From the NCBI GenBank assembly GCA_002269645.1, contig NIVC01002271.1, positions 124,103 to 188,102 on the forward strand: a stretch of DNA of 64,000 bases, in the 5' to 3' direction. The translations under genes and the position numbers were made by a program. Positions within the stretch are counted from its first letter, which is position 1. The number at the start of each line of letters is the position of its first letter. Below, one piece after another: positions 23,988-37,609 of the stretch. The notes beneath the pieces are model-generated. The model saw only the letters and a list, made by a program, of their open reading frames with translations. It was not told the origin of the DNA and did not search any database. This DNA comes from Macrostomum lignano. Its lineage: Eukaryota.

Positions 23988-24734
23988 CGACGCGTCGGCC
24001 GTTCAGGGACTAGCGGAATGGGCGCCCGCGCCTTCCCGCTGTGTCCCCTCCGGGACAGCCCTGCAGCTAAGTCAAAGTCAACCCAAGGTGAATGACTCAA
24101 AGGAGATCAAGTGGCAGACAGTAAGAAATTCAACAACACAGCTTTAATACAGGCTTTTATAAACAGATATTTACAGATATCCAACAAAATCTGACTAATT
24201 TACAAGTCCGAACTAAGCGCACACAATGCCTGACAAGTCTGCTTAAATAAGAGTATATGCTTGTACTAGCATTCAGCGTTGGCTAAAAGTACAAAAAAGA
24301 CTTGCGCGCAGTCCGAATCGCCTGTCTTTCATATGCAAACTCTGTGTAAAAAAACCTTTTCAAACCTGTTTCGGCCGCGCCCAAGGCACAAGCAGCACAG
24401 TGTTGGCCTGCGCTTCTCTGTGTGTGCTCGGTGTGTAAGAGTTTAGCATGGAGAGATGAGATAAGCGCAAAGATAACTAATAATGGATGGCTATACTGGG
24501 TCGCTTAAGCAGATTGATGGTCGTAGCAGCCCCCACTCTCTGCTTGCTCTGGCCGAAACACAGAGACAAAAGAACTCAAGAAAAACTGTCTTTTAAGGAT
24601 TTAGCTGCTGCTGCTTTTTCTAGAAAATATTTTATTGTTCATTTTACTCTGCGCTGCGGCAAACGTGTGTTGATGGGGTTGACTCAGAATGGGGGGAGCT
24701 GTTTATACAAAACCACTCATTCTCGTCATGGAAG

Positions 24735-26835
24735 AGTCAGACAGTCCCAGGGGGAGAGGGTCAGATAGTCACTGGGGAGAGGGTCAGACAGTCACAGGGG
24801 AGAGGGTTAGACAGTCACAGGGGAGAGTGTCAGACAGTCACAGGAGAGAGGGTCAGACAGTCACAGGGGAGAGAGTTAGACACTCACAGGGGAGAGGGTT
24901 AGACAGTCACAGTGAGAGAGTTCACAGGGAGAGAGTTTACAGTGAGAGAGTTCACAGGGGAGAGGGTCAGACACTCACTGGGGAGAGGGGGTCAGACGTT
25001 CACAAGGGAGAGGGTCAGACAGTCACAGGGGAGAGGGTCAGACAGTCACAGGGGAGAGGGTCAGACAGTCACAGGGGAGAGGGTCAGACAGTCACAGGGG
25101 AGAGGGTTAGACAGTCACAGGGGAGAGGGTCAGACAGTCACAGGGGAGAGGGTTAGACAGTCACAGGAGAGAGGGTCAGACAGTCACAGGGGAGAGGGTT
25201 AGACAGTCATAGGGGAGAGGGTCAGACAGTCACAGGGGAGAGGGTCAGACAGTCACAGGGAGAGAGTTAGACAGTCACTGGGGAGAGGGTTAGACAGTCA
25301 CAGGGGAGAGGGTCAGACAGTCACAGGGGAGAGGGTTAGACAGTCACAGGAGAGAGGGTCAGACAGTCACAGGAGAGAGGGTTAGACACTCACTGGGGAG
25401 AGAGCCATACAGTCACAGGGGAGAGAGTCAGAAACTCACTGGGGAGAGGGTCCGACAGTCACAAGGGAGAGAGTTAGACAGTCACAGGGAGAGAGTTAGC
25501 AGTCACAGGGAGAGAGTTAGACAGTCACAGGGAGAGAGTTAGCAGTCACAGGGAGAGAGTTAGACAGTCACAGGGAGAGAGTTAGACAGTCACAGGGAGA
25601 GAGTTAGCAGTCACAGGGAGAGAGTTAGACAGTCACAGGGAGAGAGTTAGACAGTCACTGGGAGAGAGTTAGACAGTCACTGGGGAGAGAGTCAGACACT
25701 CACTGGGGAGAGAGTTAGCAGTCACAGGGAGAGAGTTAGACAGTCACAGGGAGAGAGTTAGACAGTCACAGGGAGAGAGTTAGACAGTCACTAGGGAGAG
25801 AATCAGACAGTCACAGGAGAGAGGGTCAGATAGTCACTGGGGAGAGGGTCAGACAGTCACAGGGGAGAGGGTCAGACAGTCACAGGGGGAGAGGGTCAGA
25901 CACTCACTGGGGAGAGGGTTAGACACTCACAGGGGAGAGAGTTAGCAGTCACAGGGAGAGAGTTAGACACTCACAGGGGAGAGAGTTAGCAGTCACAGGG
26001 AGAGAGTTAGACACTCACAAGGAAGAGGGTTAGACAGTCACAGGGAGAGAGTTAGACAGTCACAGGGAGAGAGTCAGACACTCACTGAGGAGAGGGTCAG
26101 ACACTCACTGGGGAGAGGGGGTGAGAAACTCGCTGGGGAGAGGGGTCAGACAGTCACAGGAGAGAGGGTCAGACAGTCATAGGGGAGAGGGTTAGACAGT
26201 CACAGGGGAGAGGGTCAGACAGTCACAGGGGGACAGGGTCAGACAGTCACAGGGGAGAGGGTCAGACAGTCACAGGGGAGAGGGTCAGACAGTCACAGGG
26301 GAGAGGGTCAGACAGTCACAAGGAAGAGGGTTAGACAGTCACAGGGAGAGAGTTAGACAGTCACAGGGAGAGGGTCAGACACTCACTGGGGAGAGGGGGT
26401 GAGAAACTCGCTGGGGAGAGGGTCAGACAGTCACAGGGGAGAGGGTCAGACAGTCACAGGGGAGAGGGTCAGACAGTCACAGGGGAGAGGGTCAGACAGT
26501 CACAGGGGAGAGGGTCAGACAGTCACAGGGGAGAGGGTCAGACAGTCACAGGGGAGAGGGTCAGACAGTCACAGGGGAGAGGGTCAGACAGTCACAAGGA
26601 AGAGGGTTAGACAGTCACAGGGAGAGAGTTAGACAGTCACAGGGAGAGGGTCAGACACTCACTGGGGAGAGGGGGTGAGAAACTCGCTGGGGAGAGGGTC
26701 AGACAGTCACAGGGGAGAGGGTCAGACAGTCACAGGGGAGAGGGTTAGGCAGTCACAGGGGAGAGGGTCAGACAGTCACAGGGGAGAGGGTCAGACAGTC
26801 ACAGGAGAGAGGGTCAGACAGTCACAGGGGGACAG
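24735..26835. repeat. About 23-bp minisatellite (AGACAGTCACAGGGGAGAGGGTC)n
   Basis: About 90 variable units. Confidence 0.95.
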
Positions 26836-27249
26836 GGTCTATCCGTTTAACTGTTTCTAGTGAGTGAAAGGTGAACTAAGTCCAGATATTGTGAACTGCC
26901 ATGTGACCGGGTTCAAGACAAGGACACACAACTTCGGGGCAGAGTCAGATAAATAATTAAAAGGAGCAGCTTATAATTCAATTAATCAACGAATCAGTTA
27001 ACATCGAATCGTGAGCGGCTTTAAATTATTTATTTGCGAATCAATTATTTATTACTTTGGAAGTTCAGAGGGATGTGTGTGACCCATGTAGATTTCTGTG
27101 GAGTGGCTGAAGGCCCAAAACAAGAGTTGCCTGGTTTGGCTGACTTCGTCTCGGTAAAGGAGTTTAGATTGTAGGTCTGTGTAGAGACAGCAGGTGTACT
27201 TGTAATAGCGATTGGGAGTATTAGAGAGGGGGAGTAAGAGAAAATGAGA

Positions 27250-27950
27250 GTTTGAGAGAGAGAGAGAGAGAGAGAGAGTGAGAGTAAGATAGAGAGAATG
27301 AGGGAGTGAGAGTGAGTGAGACAGAGAGTGAGAATGATAGAGAGGGGGTGTGAGAGAGGGAGATAAAGGGAGTGAGTGAGAGTAAGTGAGAGTAGGTGAG
27401 AAAGAGAGTAAGAGTGAGAGAGAGAGTGAATGAGAGTAACTGAGAGTGAGAGAGAGGGAATTAGCTGGAATGAGAGTGAGATGGAGTTACATAGTAAGAG
27501 AGTCAGAGTCAGGGACTAATAAAGCCAGGGAGCCATGGAGTCAGAGACTCAGTGAGTCAGAGACTCAGAGAGTCAGAGACTCAGAGAGTCAGAGACTCAG
27601 AGAGTCAGAGACTCAGAGAGTCAGAGACTCAGAGAGTCAGAGACTCAGAGAGTCAGAGACTCAGAGAGTCAGAGACTCAGAGAGTCAGAGACTCAGAGAG
27701 TCAGAGACTCAGAGAGTCAGAGACTCAGAGAGTCAGAGACTCAGAGAGTCAGAGACTCAGAGAGTCAGAGACTCAGAGAGTCAGAGACTCAGAGAGTCAG
27801 AGACTCAGAGAGTCAGAGACTCAGAGAGTCAGAGACTCAGAGAGTCAGAGACTCAGAGAGTCAGAGACTCAGAGAGTCAGAGACTCAGAGAGTCAGAGAC
27901 TCAGAGAGTCAGAGACTCAGAGAGTCAGAGACTCAGAGACTCAGAAACTC
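27250..27950. repeat. GA-rich tract followed by a 16-bp minisatellite (AGAGAGTCAGAGACTC)n at 27540-27950
   Basis: About 25 perfect 16-bp units; source of the SQRLRESETQRVRDSE ORFs. Confidence 0.95.
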
Positions 27951-28554
27951 AGAGAGGGTCGTGAGCTGTCTCAATGCGCACATGAGCTGAGCTTCATTGA
28001 TTAGTAAAACTCACCTGCAGTATTGTACTCGTACAAGCCAACGGAACTCAAGGCAAAGCTGAGAAAAGCAGTCTAAATTATATAATCGATCCGTAAAAGC
28101 TGTTCAAAATTAAACACCAAAGACGAAGATATTATTTCAATTAACTGGCTACTGTTGTGTCTTAAAACAGGAGTATTCAAACTGCAGCTCAGTCTGTACG
28201 TACCTCTTTAAGTCTCAAGCTCTGACAGCACAGTACAGTGCAATGCACACCTGCAGTTGTTGCATATTTAGCTCATGCTTATATAAAATCGCGAGAGCTA
28301 AACTTCTAGCTATCTAAATAGCCAGTCACCAACCTCACTCCCTCAACCAGTAGGAAAAGACAGGCCTTAAGAGAGAGATTGAGAGACCTGGCGAAAGACG
28401 ATTCTAGAGAAAAATGGTTAGACCATTTCGGTTTATATTAAGCTCTTTTCATACGGAGTTCCAAAAAATTGAGTCACGTTGCAACTGCTTTAAAATCGAT
28501 TTTCCTTAAATATATACATATAAAAGTCTAAGAATCATTGTATTTTATAGGCAT

Positions 28555-29560
28555 GACGGCACACGCAGACCACTCAGTGACACCTGGTGGAGGCACATGC
28601 AGACCACTTAGTGACACCTGGTGATGGCACACGCAGACCACTCAGTGACACCTAGTGGAGGCACATGCAGACCACTTAGTGACACCTGGTGGAGGCACAT
28701 GCAGACCACTCAGTGACACTTAGTGGAGGCACATGCAGACCACTCAGTGACACCTGGTGGAGGCACACGCAGACCACTCAGTGACACCTGGTGGAGGCAC
28801 ACGCAGACCACTCAGTGACACCTGGTGGAGGCACATGCAGACCACTCAGTGACACCTGGTGGAGGCAAACGCAGACCACTCAGTGACACCTGGTGGAGGC
28901 ACATGCAGACCACTCAGTGACACCTGGTGGAGGCACATGCAGACCACTCAGTGACACCTGGTGGAGGCACATGCAGACCACTCAGTGACACCTGGTGGAG
29001 GCACATGCAGACCACTCAGTGACACCTGGTGGAGGCACATGCAGACCACTCAGTGACACCTGGTGAAGGCACATGCAGACCACTCAGTGACACCTGGTGG
29101 AGGCACACGCAGAACACTAAGTGACATCTGGTGGAGGCACACGCAGACTACTCAGTGACACCTGGTGGTGGCACACGCAGACCACTTAGTGACACCTGGT
29201 GGAGGCACACGCAGACCACTCAGTGACATCTGGTTGAGGCACATGCAGACCACTCAGTGACACCTGGTGGAGGCACACGCAGAACACTAAGTGACATCTG
29301 GTGGAGGCACACGCAGACCACTCAGTGACACCTGGTGGTGGCACACGCAGACCACTTAGTGACACCTGGTGGAGGCAAACGCAGACCACTCAGTGACATC
29401 TGGTTGAGGCACATGCAGACCACTCAGTGATACCTGGTGGAGGCACACGCAGACCACTCAGTGACACCTGGTGGAGGCACACGCAGACCACTCAGTGACA
29501 CCTGGTGGAGGCACATATGCAGACCACTCAGTGACACCTGGTGGAGGCACACGCAGAACA
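28555..29560. repeat. 34-bp minisatellite (GCAGACCACTCAGTGACACCTGGTGGAGGCACAT)n
   Basis: About 29 head-to-tail units; each has two small palindromes (CACTCAGTG, CACCTGGTG); no spacers. Confidence 0.95.
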
Positions 29561-30313
29561 CAGTGGCATCCACAGCACAGCGCCTCAGACAGGACGCCTA
29601 AATGCTCCGAGTGCGATCCCTCACTGCACTTTCATGCTGACTCTTCATCGCACCTTAAAGCATGGCTCACATTTGAGAAGCAATACAAGAACAATCTGTG
29701 TGAGAATTAAATATAATTGATTGCTTTGGTTTGCAATATATTTTGAGAGCTGCAGGCTCTAGTGGCCGCTCATTCAAAGACGTTTCTGCTTGAACTGACA
29801 GCATACACACACAGACACACAGGGACACACAGGCGGTGGCGTTGCGCCTGGATGGCCCAAGCCTCCTGGCGATTTTAATGGAATGGTATTGTAATTTTTA
29901 CTATAGGTAGTCAATCTAAAATACTTTTCAAAATGTTACGCAAGATAAATCTGAAAGGTCAGCTTCTTCTAGTCAGTCTCCATGGCAACGCAAACGCTTC
30001 CGTTGCAAGCGGACGTCACAGCGACAGTCGCAGACTTGTAAGCGTTGCGCCAAATTTCTATGAAACAGCAGGCAGAATGAAATCGAAAGAAGATTAGCAG
30101 AGGCGAGCATGAGTAGGCGACTATGTTGGTTGCTATGGGCGAATAGGCCTGATTGTAGCTGGGCAGTGCGGCGATCTCGCGAGTCTCCAGCGTGTACACA
30201 ATCCACAGGGCGGCGTTGCCTAGCAACAGAGCTGCGATGGAGTCGCGACCGGGTTTTAATTTCATCGCTTTCGATGTTAGACAGCGCCTGTGCTCGAGTT
30301 CGAATATTAGAAA

Positions 30314-30476
30314 TGTAAGATGATTTGTTTAGTTGATTGCATGTACGCAAGTTTACTAGCCCGTATGTACATTTGCTCGCTGTACAATCATAATATATAA
30401 GTGAGTGCTTGGCGCCCTGGGCAGCCAAGAGTCGGTCTACGCCTTAAGCCTATTTTCGTCTTGGCTTGTTCTTACA
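30314..30476 (+). repeat. Gypsy 5' LTR (163 bp)
   Basis: 7-bp inverted termini TGTAAGA...TCTTACA; followed after 1 nt by the PBS. Confidence 0.8.
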
Positions 30477-30477
30477 T

Positions 30478-30489
30478 TGGTGGCAGCGG
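30478..30489 (+). promoter_or_regulatory. Primer-binding site TGGTGGCAGCGG (complementary to a tRNA 3' end, likely tRNA-Leu)
   Basis: Begins with TGG right after the LTR end; tRNA identity from memory. Confidence 0.75.
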
Positions 30490-30494
30490 CGGCT

Positions 30495-31400
30495 ATGACT
30501 GAAAATGAAGGCAGTGCAGAGAGCCCTGCAGTGGCGGTGACTCAGCCCCAAGCTAGTTTTGTCAACATGTTTTTGCGGCCGCCTCAATACCAGCATGGAC
30601 AAGACTTTGAACTTTGGCTGGCGCGATTCAACAATTTCGCATCATCTCTTCCTGTGGATCAGCGCAAGAATGCTCTGCTGTCATTCCTCGACGACAAATC
30701 ATATCAAGCGGCCAGCAATTTGGATGCTGCCCTGTCCTACGACGACTTTGAGAAGGCTCTGAAAAATCGATTTCGGCCATCAACATCCTCTGCTGAGCTG
30801 CAGGCGCAGTTCTTCAATCTGACTCAAAAGGACGGTCAGTCGGTTGCAGACTATTCCGATGCCCTGATCGTTGCGGCAAAACGCGCTTTCCCGAGTCTGA
30901 TGGACACGAAAGCAGGTGCCGAGCAGGAGAAGTCGGTGACAGCGAAGGACGAGCTGCTCAAAGGTCGGTTTCTATCCGGATTGAGGGACCCAGCTGTGCG
31001 AATGCAGACGCAGATGCAGCCAAAGGCGACATTCGCTGATACAGTGGAAACAGCGCGATTCGTGGAATCGATCCAGTCGCAAGGAGGCACCGCTACGGCT
31101 CTAGCTGCTGAGATTCCCGAAGCCTTTGCAGTCGGAATTCAACGGTCTCTGAAGGAGCGGTCCAACAAGCTCAGCCGCTGGGAGTCAAAGGAACAGGATC
31201 ATCGTCAGAGCGGCGACAGACGCAGAGTCGTGACATGCTGGAAGTGCGGTAAGCCGGGCCATGTTCAAAGATTTTGCACTCAGAAGTCGGGAAACTTCGA
31301 TGGAGCGGCGACCGCTGGGGTGCCGTTCCGCAAGCGAGAATCCCGGCGCAACCAGTCGTGGAGGTGTCCTGCTCAGCCACTGGTGCCAACATGCTGGTAA
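30495..31400 (+). CDS. gag: Gypsy gag
   Basis: ATG just after the PBS; WLARFNNF capsid-like region, FLSGLRD, zinc knuckle CWKCGKPGHVQRFC. Confidence 0.85.
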   Translation: MTENEGSAESPAVAVTQPQASFVNMFLRPPQYQHGQDFELWLARFNNFASSLPVDQRKNALLSFLDDKSYQAASNLDAALSYDDFEKALKNRFRPSTSSAELQAQFFNLTQKDGQSVADYSDALIVAAKRAFPSLMDTKAGAEQEKSVTAKDELLKGRFLSGLRDPAVRMQTQMQPKATFADTVETARFVESIQSQGGTATALAAEIPEAFAVGIQRSLKERSNKLSRWESKEQDHRQSGDRRRVVTCWKCGKPGHVQRFCTQKSGNFDGAATAGVPFRKRESRRNQSWRCPAQPLVPTCW

Positions 31401-34400
31401 ACTGTCGCATCCTGCCAATGTGTGTCCCTGCCAGCTGTCTAGTTGACACTGGGTGTTCCCAGTCTTTGATGTCAAGCTCCCTATTTCGCAAGCTGAATGA
31501 GAGGCTCCTGCCTTTGACGACTCCGGTGCAGTTAAAGCTGGCAGACGGTAACTATTTGGCTGCCTGTGGTTGGCAGGAAGTGAAGCTAAGTTTCGGTGTG
31601 GCAACGGTTCGACAAAGAGTTTTAGTTGTGGACAATCTGGCCAAGGATTTTTTGCTGGGTGCAGATTTCCTGGCAAACTGTGGCTGCGTCATCGACTGCC
31701 ATCGCCAAACGCTTACTGTGTGCGGTCAGCAAGTAAAAATGGAGTCATCGGCAGCCAGTAGCTGTGTATTCGCCGTTGAGGTAGCAGACAGGACAACCGT
31801 GCCCGCTGGTCACGAAATCGTTTTCCCAGCGAGATTGGTAAGTGGGTCAGATGCAGCTGTTGATGGTGAGTGCGGCATCTTTGAGCCTGACAATTCGAAG
31901 GACATCTCCACGGTCATGTGTGGAGCGCGCAGCCTCTCGTTGTTGCGAGGAGGACTCATCGCCGTTCACTATGTCAATACGGACACCAAGCCGCATACAT
32001 TTTACCCCGGAACAAGACTGGGGACTTTTGAGCCGATGTCAGATGGTGCCGATGCAGAGTTGTCAATGCAAGTTGAGACAATGAAAGGTCAAATCGCTGA
32101 GAATTCACCGAATGTGTACATTGATGAAAAAAATCTGACAGCCAATCAAGTTCAGTGTATCAAAGATCTGCATCAGTACCAGGATGTGTTCTCGAAAAGT
32201 CCAAACGACCTGGGCTGCACTTCACTCCTTGACCACAAAATTGACACCGGGTCGGCGAAACCCATCAGAGTGCCTCCTCGTCGATTGTCGCCGCCGAACC
32301 AGCGAGCTGTGTCAGAGATGGTCGAGCAGATGGTGCGAGGCGACATCGTAGAACCTTCGAATTTTCCGTGGTCGAGCCCTGTTATTCTGGTGAAGAAGAA
32401 GGACGGCAGTTTGCGCTTCGTGAACGACTTCAGACTGCTCAACTCCGTGACCGTCAAAGACAGTCATCCACTGCCTCACACCAGCGATCTGATCGATGCT
32501 CTCGCAGGATCCACAATGTTCTCAACGCTCGACTTCACTAGCGGGTACACCCAGGTGATGCTGGACTCAGAGAGTCGCACAAAAACAGCATTTCCTGCGC
32601 CACAGGGATTATTCCAGTACAAGAGACTACCGCAATGTGTGTGCAATGGTCCTGCCACGTTTTCAAGGCTGATGGAACTCGTTCTGAAGGGCCTCCGATG
32701 GGAAGTGTGCCTGTCATTTTTTGACGACGTTGTCATCTTTTCGACAGGATTCGAAGAGCATCTGCGGCGTCTTGAGCTTGTGTTGCAGAAATTCAGAACC
32801 GCTAACCTGAAGATGAAGCCAACCAAGTGCCACCTGTGCTATCAGGAAATCTCATTTCTAGGCTTTCGAGTCTCAAAAGATGGCGTGACCACTGACCCGG
32901 ACAAGGTGAAAGCAGTGCAGGAGTGGCCAACGCCCGAAGATCGTTCAGAAGTGCGACAATTCCTGGGATTGTGTGGCTACTATCGTCGTTTTGTTAAAAA
33001 AACTACAGTGAGATTGCTGAACCGCTGTACAAGCTAACGCAAAAGGACGTGACCTTCCGCTGGACTCTCGAATGCTCAGCAGCATTTAATCGCCTAAAGC
33101 AGTGCCTTACTTCCAGCCCAGTCCTCATCATGCCGACATTCGCAGAAGACGCTGAGTTTGTGCTGGATACCGATGCCTCTGGCGTGGCCATCTCCGGAGT
33201 TCTTCAAGAGCGCCGTGGTGGCAGGACGCAGGTGGTGGCGTACGGCAGTCGCATTTTGTCCAAAGCAGAGAGAAACTACTGCACAACGAGGCGTGAGCTG
33301 CTGGCAATTGTGCACTTCGTCGGTCACAATCGCAGCTACTTGTTAGGAAAAAGATTCACACTGCGTACTGATCACGCCTCGCTGATCCATCTTCTGCGCT
33401 TTCGAGATCCCGATGGTCAGCTGGCACGGTGGCTGGATAAGCTAAGCGAATTCGACTACCAGACGGAGTACCGCAAGGGCGAGAAACATGGAAATGCAGA
33501 CGCACTTAGTTGGCGACCGTGTCGAAAAGGACCTTGCCTGTGCAGTGGCTCGGCGCTCGCTGTCGAGTTCAATGACGACAACGCGATTCGACGAGCACAG
33601 GCAGAGGATCGGTGCATGCAGCAGCTGCCGAACTGCTTGCGAAATGGTCAACCACCGGACAAGGCAGAGACGGACGGCTGGAGCAATCGGCAGCGGCAAC
33701 TGCTGTCCGAGTTTAAGCGGCTGACACTGGTGAACGGACTGCTGTGCCGCCGATGGGAATCCGAAGACGGCAGCGCCTTTTGTCAGCAGTTGCTGGTGCC
33801 AGAGAGTCTACAGCGCTATGTTTTTGTCGAAGCTCATGCTGGAACGAGCGGCAGCCACTGCGGACCGCAGAAGACCATTGACAGCAGATGTGACTGACTG
33901 ATGTGCTGCATGCCTCGAATGCGCGACACTGAAGGATTCTGGCCAGCACAGACGGGCACCTCTACAGAGCATGGCGGTCGGCAGCGTTGGCCAGCGACTG
34001 GAAATGGACTTCATGGTGGGCCTGCCGAGGACCGAACGTGGAAATTCAGTCATCCTGGTAGTCATCGACACTTCAGCAAGTGGACTGAGGCCTTTCCACT
34101 GCCGTCTCAAGACGCTGAGACCACAGCCCGGACGTTTTTCAACGAGTGGGTGGCTCGCTTTGGAGTCCCGCAGTCGGTGCACACCGACCAGAGTCGGAAC
34201 TGGGAGCCGCAGCTGTTTCAAGAGACGATGCGGCTGCTGAAAATTGACAAGACTCGGACGACAGGCTACCACCCTGAAGGAGATGGCGGTTGCGAACGGA
34301 TGAACCGGACACTGGTGCAGCTGCTGCGAGCATGGGGGAACGACAATCAGCGAGACTGGGATCTTCATCTGCAGATTGCACTGATGGGCTACCGCACTTC

Positions 34401-35085
34401 AGTCCACAAGTCGACTAGTCAGACACCTTCGGCGATGCATTTCGGCCGGGAACTGCGACTACCACTGGACTTGGCGTACGGAGGTCTGGCGCCGGATAGG
34501 CAACGTCCTTGTGAATGGGTGGCCGAGCTGCGGAGCCGGCTGCAGACATCGCACGAGAGGGCGCGACAAAACTTGGAGGCAGCGCAACTGCACCAGAAGG
34601 CAGCGTACGACAGGAGGTGCCACGGGGAGGCATTTAGCGAGGACGATCTGGTCTGGCTGCACAATCCGGCGCTGAAGCGAGGCGAGAGCCGAAAATTTCA
34701 TCGATGGTGGACTGGGCCATGGCGCGTTAAAAAGCAGATCTCAGACGTCACCTACCGCATTCAGCACGAGGCCAATGCACGACGGCGAAGGGTGGTGCAT
34801 TTCAATCGCCTGAAGCCATGCAACACGGCCAGTCCAGCTGCAGCACCTCAATTGCAACCAGCGGCGCAACTGCACAATCCTGACGAGGACGACCTGAGAT
34901 TTGACGGCGTCCCAGCCGGCGCCCCAGCCGGCGCCCCGGTCGGCGCCCCTGCTGATGTTCAAGCGCATCCAGAACAGCCTGTATTGCTTCGTAGTGAGAG
35001 GGCCCGTGCCCCGCCAGAATTTTTTGGTGAAGTGTACCGTATACTCATTGAATGCAGATTTTCTCAGATTTTTTTGAAACATTGA
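31274..35085 (+). pseudogene. pol: Gypsy pol (protease, RT, RNase H, integrase) with frameshifts and a deletion
   Basis: PR: LVDTGCS. RT: SSPVILVKKKDG, LDFTSGY, FFDDVVIF. RH: LDTDAS, RELLAIV, TDHASL, NADALS. IN: FSKWTEAF, VHTDQ, GGCERMN, WTGPWRV. Frame breaks near 33000, 33890 and 34060; HHCC region partly deleted. Confidence 0.9.
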
Positions 35086-35865
35086 AATTGCTTAAGTTAA
35101 TTTTAATTTCCAATTTTATTTCACTCAAATATTTATTCGTTCAAATATTCGATCAGAATTCGTCGAACTCATACTCGAAACCTTTTCAAACATTAACTAA
35201 AAATGTAGAAAGTGAGTGGAAAACTTTTTTTAAAGAAGGAGAGCCCGTGCACCTGCTGGGTCATCTGGCGCATCCTGACGAAGGCAATGATGCACAGAAT
35301 TAAACATGCCGATAGCAGGATCAAATCCGTGATCTGATAGATCAGCTGAATTGTGTCGGGTTTGCTGGACATGTCATTAACATAGATGGTAAAGTAGATC
35401 CCGGATGCAAGGCCAAAGGCGAGCAGAACTCGCAGTCCAGCAGTCCAGCTTTGACGGCTCAATTGTCCGTTGAATCTTGGACAGCCGGCGCCCGCTAGTG
35501 AGGAAGTGGGCCAGGCGACCAATGTTTCGGCGCATTGCATAGGCGCTGGTGGCAGCCATCAGAGCGTACTCGATCGTAAACGGCAGCAGGTACGGCGCCA
35601 TCCTCCAGAAGGCGTCCTTGGAGCAGATGCTGGTCACCGAGCTGGTGACATTGGCTGTCCCCGACGCCGAGTAAGTGAGAGTCGACACTGACGAACCGCG
35701 CTGACCAGAGTCAGCTCGGTGGCGCCGCTCGAAGCCAGCAACTTCTGGGCGGCTTTGGCGGCACTGTGACTGGTTTCCATGAGGGTTGCCTGGAACCAGT
35801 CGCACAGATTCGCGGCCAGGAGATGGGCGAAACCCATTGAGCAACTCTGCGGCATGTTAGAGGGA

Positions 35866-36648
<783 letters not shown>

Positions 36649-37609
36649 CACTCACAGCCATGCAGACATTGATCGAGGCCTTGCTATACTTCAGCACCAG
36701 GCCAGTCTGGAGCAGTGTAAAGCAGATGCTCAGCGAATACTGGCTAATCTGGCCGGCCGACTCGGACACGCTTTCAGAGCACCCGCCGACAATGTCCATG
36801 AGCGTGTCCATGATCATCAACGCCTCGTCGGTGACCTACAGCGCGCCGAAAATACCGCAGGCGATTCGCACGAAAAATGAAATCGATTGAGACTCCTCGG
36901 GAGGCAGCTCGGCGCAGGATGCGACCGGAACTGCCCGACCACTGCGTCTGCGGCGCCACGACTCGCTTCCGGTCGGCTCCGGAACGTCGGCTGAAGCAGC
37001 AGCTGGGTTCTGAAATACATTTGCAAATCTAAGCTCTTCAGTGTCTGACGAGTACAGCAAATTCTGTGTGCCAGCGTCATAAAACTGTCAAGCTTCGTCA
37101 GGGACACCAGTCAATTTCAAGCCATCCGCCAACACCGAGTGCGTGAGATCCCCGTTCCCCAGGTACGCCCGACTTTGCTCCTGGATGGTGGGATCCCAGC
37201 TCCCCAGGTACTCGTACGCCCGACTTTTTGACCGTCTTTTGACGCCTTGATCAGTTCATTTGCACTGCTAGAATTTTTGTTAGCTACTCATTGTTTTTCA
37301 CTTATTTTTCTATTTTTTATTTCGCTTTGGAGGTCTCAGGGCCCATTGCACAGTTTACATTTATGCTCTCTTTAGCCATCCGTCTGCAGCCCTTAAAGCC
37401 TGTGACTCATTTTTAATTTACATTCAGTGCTCACGGCTTTACGCGTACACTGGGTTTCAATATTCTCTGCCTCTCAACATTTCTGCATTTATTAACGTCC
37501 GGCTTTTAATACATGTCAGTTGTTACTAGTACCAGCAAGCTGTACTTTTAATTTTGGCTGTACTTTTTACCGTGTCCGCGCTTCTGTGAAAAAAGGTGCA
37601 CCAAACTCG

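Larger units (their letters stand above)
18187..24080 (+). mobile_element. Full-length non-LTR retrotransposon with APE, RT and RNase H (LOA/R1/Tad1-like, most like LOA)
   Basis: TSD ACCCAAGGTGAA at 18175-18186 and 24081-24092; two ORFs; 3' end AAGTCAAAGTCA instead of poly(A). Confidence 0.93.
30314..35243 (+). mobile_element. Ty3/Gypsy LTR retrotransposon, degenerate, 5' LTR only
   Basis: LTR, PBS, gag, then PR-RT-RH-IN order; purine tract AAAGAAGGAGAG at about 35232-35243 abuts otopetrin sequence. Confidence 0.92.

Noticed and set aside
18244-24100. Many antisense and alternative-frame ORFs inside the LINE
   Set aside because: Expected shadow ORFs of GC-rich coding sequence; no independent motifs.
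28555-29560. CRISPR-like array (34-bp partly palindromic repeat)
   Set aside because: Units are head-to-tail with no unique spacers, no cas genes, eukaryotic context. The same applies to the 29-, 33- and 35-bp arrays.
30410-30424. TGGCGCCC as an alternative tRNA-Lys-type PBS
   Set aside because: Not preceded by a CA LTR end; it lies inside the LTR defined by TGTAAGA...TCTTACA, and TGGTGGCAGCGG fits better.
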